Origin: Spirochaetia bacterium
Lineage (GTDB): Bacteria > Spirochaetota > Spirochaetia > SZUA-6 > Bin103
Direction: 5' to 3'
Assembly (NCBI GenBank): GCA_965208065.1
Contig: OZ242313.1
Coordinates: forward strand, 1,349,171-1,413,170
DNA length: 64,000 nt
The position numbers were made by a program, and so were the translations under genes. Each line of letters opens with the position of its first letter. The first letter of the stretch is position 1. Under the pieces are notes generated by a model. It was not told where the DNA came from. It ran no database searches and was given only the letters and a program-made list of their open reading frames with translations. Positions 8,741 to 16,383 of this stretch are shown in pieces.

Positions 8741-10072
8741 TCAATCGGTATACGGTATGGCGCCGCGGTCGTCGACCGCAAGGCCGTATTGCTCGCGGTA
8801 GGCCGCGGCGGGCAGGAAGCGGTCTCCGCGCTCGGCCAGAAGCCGCTGCAGCGTATGCTCCATTTCGCGCCGGACGGCGCGGTGGCCGGTGTCCCCGAAC
8901 CGGTTGCGGAGCTGGTCGGGGTCGGCGGCGGTTTCGTACAGGATGCCCCGGCCGTCCAGCCAGCGCGCGTAGCTGTAGCGCTCGGTGCGCACCCCGCGCC
9001 ACGGCGCGCCCACGTACTCCGCGAACGGGGCGATGCACATGGTGAGCGCCGCGTCGTTGCCGGTGAACGGCTCGCCGCGCACGGCGGCGGACAGGTCGCG
9101 GCCCTCCACGGTGGCGGGCACCGGCACCCCGGCCAGTCCGAGCAGCGTTGGCAGGATGTCGACCACGTTGAGCGGGAAGCTGATGTGCCGGCCGCGCCCC
9201 TCCTGGCCGGGGCAGCGCAGCAGGAACGGCACCAGGATCGACTCGTCCCACGGGTGCTGTTTGCGCTGCACGCCCTGCGAACCGAGCATGTCGCCGTGGT
9301 CGGAGGTGTACACGAAGATGGTGTCGTCCAGCACGCCGGCGGCGGACAGAGCGTCTTCGATGCGCCCGAGCTGCTCGTCGAGGGCGGTGACGTGGGCGTG
9401 GTATCCGGCCAGATCGGCCCGGTCCGGGCGCGGGCAGTTGGCAGGCACCTCCACCTCGGCCGGCGGGTAGCGGTCCAGGTAGCGCCGCGGCAGGTCGCGG
9501 TAGGGGTTGTGCGGCGGCCCCCACGACAGCACCAGCGCGAACGGCGATGCTCCGCGCGCGTGGGTACCGATATGGTCGATCGCCATCGAGGTCTGCGCCT
9601 CGGCATCGTAGCCGTCCCAGAACAGCCGCTCCGGGGTGTCGCGGTAGAAGTGCGAGTTGGTGTAGTCGTGGGTGCAGTTGGCCACCGCCCAGAACTGAAA
9701 CCCCTGCCGCCGCGGACCGGGCGGGGTAAACGCCGCCCGCCGGTTGCCGTCCAGGTGCCACTTGCCGATGTACGCGGTGGCATAGCCGGCGTCGCCGAGG
9801 ATGGTGCCGAGCGTGGGCCGGTCGGCCGGCAGCCGCAGGTCGTTCAGAAACAGCCCGTTGGTCAGCGGGTACTGGCCGGTCAGAAACGCGGCTCGCCACG
9901 GCGTGCATACCGGGATGTTGGATACGGCGGTGTCGAACACCACACCCTCGGCGGCCATCCGGTCCATGACCGGCGTGTGCACGCGCGCGCCGCGGTAGCC
10001 GGTGGTACGCGCGCGGTGCTGGTCGGCGAACACGAATACGATATTGGGGCGCCCTCGAGCCTGACCCGACAT
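8741..10072 (-). CDS. Sulfatase (formylglycine-dependent arylsulfatase family)
   Basis: N-terminal PNIVFVFADQHR and the C-x-P-x-R formylglycine motif with its tail (CTPWRAAFLTG). 443 aa. Confidence 0.85.
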   Translation of the reverse strand: MSGQARGRPNIVFVFADQHRARTTGYRGARVHTPVMDRMAAEGVVFDTAVSNIPVCTPWRAAFLTGQYPLTNGLFLNDLRLPADRPTLGTILGDAGYATAYIGKWHLDGNRRAAFTPPGPRRQGFQFWAVANCTHDYTNSHFYRDTPERLFWDGYDAEAQTSMAIDHIGTHARGASPFALVLSWGPPHNPYRDLPRRYLDRYPPAEVEVPANCPRPDRADLAGYHAHVTALDEQLGRIEDALSAAGVLDDTIFVYTSDHGDMLGSQGVQRKQHPWDESILVPFLLRCPGQEGRGRHISFPLNVVDILPTLLGLAGVPVPATVEGRDLSAAVRGEPFTGNDAALTMCIAPFAEYVGAPWRGVRTERYSYARWLDGRGILYETAADPDQLRNRFGDTGHRAVRREMEHTLQRLLAERGDRFLPAAAYREQYGLAVDDRGAIPYTD

Positions 10073-10170
10073 GATGCCCTACCGTAGCACGGCTAACACG
10101 GCTTGGCTTTACTGGCTTGACTCGGAGGCCCCTCATTGGCACTTTTTGGAGTACTCTCTGGAGTGTCATC

Positions 10171-10428
10171 ATGAGTGTCATATCGGCCACGGAGATCAAG
10201 AAGCGGGGTGTCGCGGCATTCGACCCAATGCTCGCGGCGGAAGGGGAAGCGCTCATCACCGTGCGCGGGAGAGGGCGCTACATCGTAATGACGGTGGAGA
10301 AGTACCACGCGTTGCGCGAGCTGGAACTGGCCGAGGCCGTGCGCGAAGCACGCGCAGATTACGATGCCGGTCGAATCGCGGACCGGACCGTCGACGGGCA
10401 CCTGCGGCGGCTGGGCGATGAAGTATGA
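10171..10428 (+). CDS. Phd/YefM-type antitoxin
   Basis: MSVISATEIKKRGVAAFDPML...ALITVRGRGRYIVMTVEKYHALRE is a Phd/YefM-like fold pattern. Overlaps the toxin gene by 11 nt. Confidence 0.75.
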   Translation: MSVISATEIKKRGVAAFDPMLAAEGEALITVRGRGRYIVMTVEKYHALRELELAEAVREARADYDAGRIADRTVDGHLRRLGDEV

Positions 10429-10693
10429 GATTCTCTTTACCCGCGGCTATACGCGCCGCGCGCAACGCTTTATCCGGCGCCATCCCGAACTCCGGCAGCA
10501 ATATCGCAAGACCTTGCAACTGCTCGAATTGAAACCGTTTCATCCGTCCCTGCGCCTGCGCAAGCTGCGTGGCTCGCTCGAAGAACTGCACTCCGTATCG
10601 ATAAACCTGTCGTATCGCGTCACCATCGAGTTTCTCGTTTCCGATCGGAAGATCATTCCCGTCGATGTCGGATCGCACGAGACCGTGTACTGA
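10418..10693 (+). CDS. RelE/ParE superfamily toxin
   Basis: 91 aa, MKYEILFTRGYTRRAQRFIRRHPEL...LHSVSINLSYRVTIEFLVSDRKIIPVDVGSHETVY. Typical RelE/ParE size and C-terminal pattern. Coupled to the upstream antitoxin. Confidence 0.7.
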   Translation: MKYEILFTRGYTRRAQRFIRRHPELRQQYRKTLQLLELKPFHPSLRLRKLRGSLEELHSVSINLSYRVTIEFLVSDRKIIPVDVGSHETVY

Positions 10694-10703
10694 CCCGGCG
10701 GCC

Positions 10704-11486
10704 ATGAAAGACCTTCTGGAAGTGAGCGGGCTGTGTCTGCAATTCGGCGGGCTGACGGTGCTCGACGAGGTGTCGCTGCGGGTGCCGGAGGGCGGCGTGA
10801 CCGCCATTATCGGGCCCAACGGCGCCGGCAAGACCAGCCTGTTCAACTCGGTGTCCGGGAACTACCGCCCGCATGCCGGCCGGATCGTGTTCGCCGGCGC
10901 CGACATCACCCGGTTGCCGGCGGCGCGGCGGGCGGCGCTCGGCGTGGCGCGCACGTTCCAGAACATCGCGCTGTTTCCAAGTATGACGGTGCTGGACAAT
11001 GTCAAGCTCGGCCGCCATGTGCACCTGCGCAGCGGCGTGTTGGCCGGCGCGCTGTACCTGGGCCGGGCGCGGCGCGAAGAGCGGCGCCTGGAGGCGTACA
11101 TCGAGCGGGAGGTGGTCGAGCTGCTCGGCATTCGGGAGATCCTCGGCGAATCCGCGGCCGCGCTGTCGTACGGGCTGCGCAAGCGGGTCGAGCTGGCGCG
11201 CGCCGTCGCCATGGAGCCGCGGCTGCTGCTGCTGGACGAGCCGGCCGCCGGCTTGAGCCACGGCGACCGGGAGCAGATGATGCGCCTGATCCGCGACCTG
11301 CAGCGCCTGCGCGGCATTACCTTGCTGCTGGTGGAACACGATATGCACGTGGTAATGGATCTGGCCGACCAGGTGGTGGTGCTGGACTTCGGGCGGGTGA
11401 TCGCCGCCGGCACCCCGGCGCAGGTACGCGAAGACCCCGCGGTGATCGCCGCCTACCTCGGCGCCGAGTCGGAGCAGGCATCGTGA
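10704..11486 (+). CDS. livG: Branched-chain amino acid ABC transporter ATP-binding protein
   Basis: Walker A GPNGAGKTS, signature LSYGLRKR and Walker B LLLLDEP. LivG-like C-terminal extension. ATG lies 10 nt after the toxin stop. Confidence 0.85.
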   Translation: MKDLLEVSGLCLQFGGLTVLDEVSLRVPEGGVTAIIGPNGAGKTSLFNSVSGNYRPHAGRIVFAGADITRLPAARRAALGVARTFQNIALFPSMTVLDNVKLGRHVHLRSGVLAGALYLGRARREERRLEAYIEREVVELLGIREILGESAAALSYGLRKRVELARAVAMEPRLLLLDEPAAGLSHGDREQMMRLIRDLQRLRGITLLLVEHDMHVVMDLADQVVVLDFGRVIAAGTPAQVREDPAVIAAYLGAESEQAS

Positions 11487-11499
11487 CGGGGGGGCGCTG

Positions 11500-12372
11500 A
11501 TGGAATTTCTGCTCGAGATCAGCCTGGTCGGGCTGGCGGTCGGCGGCGTCTACGGCCTGATCGGCCTCGGCTACGTGATTGTGTACCGCGCCACCCGCAT
11601 CGTGAACTTCGCGCACGGCAACATCATGATGTTCGGCGCCTACTGCTACTTCACCGGCGCGGCGGTGCTGGACCTCCCCTGGTGGGCGGCGCTGCCGCTG
11701 GCGGTGACCGCCACTGCACTGCTGGGGACCGCCGTTGAGCGTCTCCTGCTGCGCCCGCTGGAGGGACGCTCGCAGACCGTGGCGGTGATGGCGACGTTCG
11801 GCCTGGCCGCGGTCCTGCACGGCCTGGTGCAACTGCTGTGGTCGGCGCGCGACGTCTTCATGCCGCCGATTTTCGCTCAGCAGCCGATCGTGCTCGGCGC
11901 CATGTACATCCCGGCCAACACCGGCTACGGCGCCCTGCTCGCGCTGGCCGCCGTTGGCGTGTTTCTGGTGCTGTTCCGGGTCACCAACCTCGGGCTGGCG
12001 ATGCGCGCCACCGCCTCCGACCAGGTGGCCGCGAGTTCGTTGGGCATCAACGTGCCGGCGATGTTCAACGTGACCTGGGCGTGCGCGGCGGCCACGGCGG
12101 CGCTGGCCGGCGTGGTGGTCGGCTCGATCACTACGCTCAATCCCAACATGGGGCGCATCGGACTATCGGTGCTGGCGGTGGTGATTCTCGGCGGCCTGGA
12201 CAGCCTGGCGGGCGCCATCCTGGCCGGACTGATCGTCGGCTGGCTGGAGGCGGTCACCGGCTTCTACCTGGGCGCCTCCTACAAGGACGTGGTGCCGTTC
12301 CTGGTGCTGCTGACCATCCTGATGGTGCGCCCGCACGGCCTGCTCGGCGCGCCCAGGGTGGAACGGCTGTGA
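11500..12372 (+). CDS. livH: Branched-chain amino acid ABC transporter permease
   Basis: 290-aa polytopic protein with a LivH-type N-terminus (MEFLLEISLVGLAVGGVYGLIGLGYVIVYRATRIVNFAHG). Confidence 0.85.
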   Translation: MEFLLEISLVGLAVGGVYGLIGLGYVIVYRATRIVNFAHGNIMMFGAYCYFTGAAVLDLPWWAALPLAVTATALLGTAVERLLLRPLEGRSQTVAVMATFGLAAVLHGLVQLLWSARDVFMPPIFAQQPIVLGAMYIPANTGYGALLALAAVGVFLVLFRVTNLGLAMRATASDQVAASSLGINVPAMFNVTWACAAATAALAGVVVGSITTLNPNMGRIGLSVLAVVILGGLDSLAGAILAGLIVGWLEAVTGFYLGASYKDVVPFLVLLTILMVRPHGLLGAPRVERL

Positions 12373-13502
12373 CCGGTCCCGGCGCAACGGACACCAGCGC
12401 CAACGTGCCGAGCAGGTCCGGGCGCGCCGAGCCTCGGCGCCGCGGGCAAGTGGACGCCGCGCCGCACCCCGCCGCGCTTCACTCGGCCGCGGCGGCAGCC
12501 GGCGGTGGGCACGCGGCGGCCGCGCGGCGCGCCGGCGGAGCCGCGCTGGCCGTGGCGGTGCTGGTCGCCGTGCCGCTGTTCGGGAACAGCTACCACCTGC
12601 ACATGGCGTGCCTGTTCGGGATCATCGTGATCAGCGCCATGGGTCTGAACCTGCTGACCGGCTACGCCGGCCTGATCTCGCTGGGCCACGCCGCCTTCAT
12701 GGGAGTGGGCGCGTACGGCGTGGCGTGGTTCAGCTCCCGCCTGGGGCTGCCGTTCTACCTGTGCCTGCCGCTGGCGGGGTTGCTGGCGGCGGGCGCGGGC
12801 ATGGTCACCGGGCTGCCGTCGCTGCGCATCAAGGGCCTGTACCTGGCCATTGCCACGCTCGCCGCCCAGTTCATTCTGGGCTTCGTATTCAACGAATGGG
12901 AGTCGGTCACCGGTGGGCGCGGCGGCACCAACGTCGCGCCGGCGCAGGTCGGCGGCCTGCTGCTGAGCACGGAGCGTGAGATGTACTACCCGATCGCGGC
13001 CGTTGCGGTCGCAAGCCTGCTCGCAGCACGCAACCTGTTCCGCACCCGCGTCGGGCGCGCCTTCATGGCCATGCGCGACCGCGACAGCGCCGCCGAGGTG
13101 CTCGGCGTCGACCCGCGCCGCTACCAGCTTGTCGCGTTCGGGGTCAGTTCCTTCTTCGCCGGGATCGCCGGCGGCTTCATGGCCTACTTCTACAAGGTGG
13201 TGACCCCCGGCCAGTTCAGCTTTCAGCTGTCGCTGTTCTACCTGACGGCGATCGTGGTGGGCGGCATGGGAACTGTACAGGGTGTCCTGCTTGGTGCTAT
13301 CTTCATGACCGCCACGCCGTCGGCGCTTGCCGCGGTCGCCGGCGTGTTCGGGCCGCTAGCGGCGGGCCTGCTGGCCCCGTTGCGCGAAGTGTTGTTCGGG
13401 TTGTTGATCGTGTTGTTTCTGATCTTCGAACCGGGCGGTCTGGCTGGTATTATAGGTCGAACAAGAAAGCGGATAATGCTTATAACCGCAGCGAAGGAGT
13501 AA
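12369..13502 (+). CDS. livM: Branched-chain amino acid ABC transporter permease
   Basis: In-frame GTG at 12369 overlaps the livH stop (GTGA). LivM-type core (GLNLLTGYAGLISLGHAAFMGVGAYG). The ORF-track start at 11838 is an out-of-context extension. Confidence 0.8.
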   Translation: MTGPGATDTSANVPSRSGRAEPRRRGQVDAAPHPAALHSAAAAAGGGHAAAARRAGGAALAVAVLVAVPLFGNSYHLHMACLFGIIVISAMGLNLLTGYAGLISLGHAAFMGVGAYGVAWFSSRLGLPFYLCLPLAGLLAAGAGMVTGLPSLRIKGLYLAIATLAAQFILGFVFNEWESVTGGRGGTNVAPAQVGGLLLSTEREMYYPIAAVAVASLLAARNLFRTRVGRAFMAMRDRDSAAEVLGVDPRRYQLVAFGVSSFFAGIAGGFMAYFYKVVTPGQFSFQLSLFYLTAIVVGGMGTVQGVLLGAIFMTATPSALAAVAGVFGPLAAGLLAPLREVLFGLLIVLFLIFEPGGLAGIIGRTRKRIMLITAAKE

Positions 13503-13506
13503 TCTG

Positions 13507-14718
13507 ATGAAGAGTAATAGCAGGCGACTCGTGCATGGCATGGGCCGCTGTCTGGGGGCGGTGATTGTGGCCGCCGCACTGATTGGGGCGGCGCTGCCGC
13601 TGGCTGCCGATGAGCACGAGATCGTGTGGGGCGCCTCGATACCGTTGACCGGCATCTACGCCCAGGCGGGCGAGATCGGCAGTCTCGGCATGGGCGCCTA
13701 CCTCGGCTACCTGAATGCCACCGGCGGCATCAACGGCCGGCCCGTGCGGCTGGCGAGCCATGACTCGGGCTCGTTGCCGGAGCAGTCGCTGGCCGTATTC
13801 AAGCAGATCATGGCAGAGGAAGAAGACGTGGTGGCCTTCTACGGCGACTCCACCGGCTTTGCGCTGTTGTCCGCGCCGGAAGTCAACGAGCGCTACAAGG
13901 TATTGATGGGCGGCAGCTCGCTGGCCACCGTGCTCGCCGATCCGGACAAGTTTCCCTACCAGTTTTTGACCGGCCCCACCTATGCCGAGATGGTCGGGAT
14001 GCTGCTCCAGTACATCGCCGAGCAGGGCGGCAGCGACGGCGCGGCGCCGCGCGTGGCGCTGTTCTACTCCAACCTGGAGTTTGGCCGCGACCCGATCCCG
14101 TATGCCAGGGAGCGCGCCGCCGAACTCGGTATCGAGATCGTCGCCGAGATCGAGACCGAGCCGGCCGGCATCGACGTTGCCCCCGAGGTGCTCAAGCTGC
14201 GCCGCGCGCAGCCCGACTACGTGATCTTCCACGGCTACGTTGCCACGATCTGGCCGGAAGTGATGGTGCAGGCGGCGCAGACCGGCGTCGATGCCAAGTT
14301 CATGGGCACGTTCTGGGCCATGGAACCGCTGATCATCCGTCAGCTCGGGCCGCTCGCCGACCGCTACATGGGCGTGTTTCCCTACCGCTACTTCTGGGAG
14401 CAGGAGGAGTCCGCCACCCTGCGGTTGATCGCCCAGGTCGCGCAGGTGGAGTACGTGCCGACGTATGCGCTGCAGGCGTGGTTCTCCGGCATGATCCTGA
14501 CCGAGGTGATAAAGCGCACCATGGACGCCGGCCTGGAACTGACCGGCGACAACCTGAAGGCCACCCTGGACGCAATCGAGAACTGGGACACCGGCGGCCT
14601 GATCGGCGTGCCGGTGACCTTCCGGGACGGTTCCATCCCGGTCGGGCGCATCTACCAGGGCAACTCGGCAACCGGGCGCATGGATCCGGTGTCGGACTGG
14701 ATCGTTCTCGACGACTGA
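13507..14718 (+). CDS. ABC transporter substrate-binding protein (PBP type 1, Leu/Ile/Val-binding-like)
   Basis: Signal peptide followed by a LivK-family pattern (WGASIPLTGIYAQAGE...). Located inside the liv operon. Confidence 0.8.
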   Translation: MKSNSRRLVHGMGRCLGAVIVAAALIGAALPLAADEHEIVWGASIPLTGIYAQAGEIGSLGMGAYLGYLNATGGINGRPVRLASHDSGSLPEQSLAVFKQIMAEEEDVVAFYGDSTGFALLSAPEVNERYKVLMGGSSLATVLADPDKFPYQFLTGPTYAEMVGMLLQYIAEQGGSDGAAPRVALFYSNLEFGRDPIPYARERAAELGIEIVAEIETEPAGIDVAPEVLKLRRAQPDYVIFHGYVATIWPEVMVQAAQTGVDAKFMGTFWAMEPLIIRQLGPLADRYMGVFPYRYFWEQEESATLRLIAQVAQVEYVPTYALQAWFSGMILTEVIKRTMDAGLELTGDNLKATLDAIENWDTGGLIGVPVTFRDGSIPVGRIYQGNSATGRMDPVSDWIVLDD

Positions 14719-14754
14719 CCGGTGCCGCGCCGCCCGGCCCGTTGACCCTGGCCG

Positions 14755-15495
14755 GTGCTTGAAGTAAAGGCCATCGAGGCGGTCTACGGGCAGGGCGCAC
14801 CGGTGCTGCGCGGGCTCTCCCTGCGCGTGCCGACCGGGCGCATCGTGGCATTGCTGGGCGCCAACGGCGCCGGCAAGACCACCACCCTGCGCGCCATCGC
14901 CGGGCTGCTGCCGTTCGAGCGCGGCCGGCTCACGGCCGGCACCATCGCGCTCGATGGGCGGCGCGTGGACGGCGTGGCACCGCACCGGCTGGCGCGCCGC
15001 CGCCTGGTTGCGGTGCCGGAAGGCCGCCGCTTGTTCACCGACCTGACCGTGGACGACAACCTGCGCGCTGCCGCCTGGGCGCTGAAGGGGCGCCGCGCCC
15101 GCCCGCCGGGCGGGATCGACGCGGTGTACCAGCTCTTCCCCTTGCTGGCGGCGCGCCGCAACCACCGCGCCGGCTACCTGTCCGGCGGCGAGCAGCAGAT
15201 GCTGGCCATTGGCCGCGCCTTGCTCACCGAGCCGTCGGTGATGCTGCTGGACGAACCCTCGCTGGGCCTCGCGCCGCGCCTCCGCGAAGAGGTGTTCACC
15301 GGCATCGCGCGCATCAACCGCGACCGCGGCGTGTCGATCCTGCTGGTGGAGCAGAACGCCGTCCTGGCGCTCGACATCGCCCGCTACGGCTACGTGATCG
15401 AGCAGGGCCGCGTGGTGCTGGAGGGCCGGGTCGCCGACCTCAAGGCCAACCCCGACGTGCGCGACGCCTACCTGGGATCCGCTACCGGCCGCTAG
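14755..15495 (+). CDS. livF: Branched-chain amino acid ABC transporter ATP-binding protein
   Basis: GTG start. Walker A GANGAGKTT, signature LSGGEQQML and Walker B MLLDEPS. Confidence 0.85.
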   Translation: MLEVKAIEAVYGQGAPVLRGLSLRVPTGRIVALLGANGAGKTTTLRAIAGLLPFERGRLTAGTIALDGRRVDGVAPHRLARRRLVAVPEGRRLFTDLTVDDNLRAAAWALKGRRARPPGGIDAVYQLFPLLAARRNHRAGYLSGGEQQMLAIGRALLTEPSVMLLDEPSLGLAPRLREEVFTGIARINRDRGVSILLVEQNAVLALDIARYGYVIEQGRVVLEGRVADLKANPDVRDAYLGSATGR

Positions 15496-16310
15496 CGCTC
15501 GTAGCGGCGGGAGTAGAGCAGGGGCAGGTGCTCGTCGTCGACGATCGGGTCGCCGGGCTGCAGGCGGGAGGCAACCACGGCCGGCAGTGCGCTCTTGTGG
15601 CCGTTGAACACGGCGGCGTCCGGCATGAACAGGATCGAAAACGCGCGCCGCCGGCCGCGGGTCATGTTGGGGCCGGCGGCGTGCGCCACCATGCCGCTCA
15701 GGAACACCGCCCCGCCGGCGGGCACCTCGACCGGCACCGGGTCGATCGCCCGCCACTCGGGGTAGGCGTCGAACAGCGCGTCGATGCGCGCGCTGCTGGT
15801 GTCGCCGCCGGTGTCGAAGCGGCTGCTGCGGTGCGAGCCGGGCAACACGTACAGGCAGCCGTTCTGCAGCGTGGCGTCGTCGAGGGCAATCCACAGCATG
15901 ATCGAGCGGTGCGAGAAGAACGGATCGACCGGGTTGTCGGTATGCCAGGTGGTGGGGTTCGCCCACGGCTCCTTGATCAGCGCGTGATCGTGGTACAGGC
16001 GCACCCCATCCATGCCGGCCAGGTCGGCGGCCAGCTTGCCAAGCCGCGCGTCCAGCACCAACTCGCGCATCGCGACGCTCACCTTCCACATGTTGACGCA
16101 CTGCACGAACACGCGCGCGTAATCGTCGTCGCGTCCCTGGTTGTCGAACACGCTCGACTCGGGCTGCGGATTGCCGAGCTGCTGCGCCACGCCCTCGTCG
16201 ACCGCCGCCCGCCAGCGCCCCAGCTCGGCGCCATCAAGAAAGTCCGCAAGCGCCAAGTACCCGTCCTCCCGGTAGGCACCAACCTGCTCCGCGGAAAGCC
16301 CCGTATTCAT
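15492..16310 (-). CDS. Phytanoyl-CoA dioxygenase (PhyH) family protein
   Basis: Starts MNTGLSAEQVGAYREDGYLAL. H-x-D (WHTDN) and distal His (MVAHAAGPN). The stop overlaps the livF stop (shared CTAG). Confidence 0.8.
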   Translation of the reverse strand: MNTGLSAEQVGAYREDGYLALADFLDGAELGRWRAAVDEGVAQQLGNPQPESSVFDNQGRDDDYARVFVQCVNMWKVSVAMRELVLDARLGKLAADLAGMDGVRLYHDHALIKEPWANPTTWHTDNPVDPFFSHRSIMLWIALDDATLQNGCLYVLPGSHRSSRFDTGGDTSSARIDALFDAYPEWRAIDPVPVEVPAGGAVFLSGMVAHAAGPNMTRGRRRAFSILFMPDAAVFNGHKSALPAVVASRLQPGDPIVDDEHLPLLYSRRYER

Positions 16311-16383
16311 CCCCGCCACGCTACCGCCGATTGAGCGCCCTGTCCAACGCAACCTATGCTGCAACGGCGAGGGAGGCAGCAGA

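Noticed and set aside
7732-9783. Long N-terminal extensions of the ORFs 7732..9783, 6902..8434, 39409..41208, 26302..27705 and 22611..23603
   Set aside because: In each case only the C-terminal part shows family motifs and begins at an internal ATG. The extensions overlap neighbouring well-supported genes in another frame.
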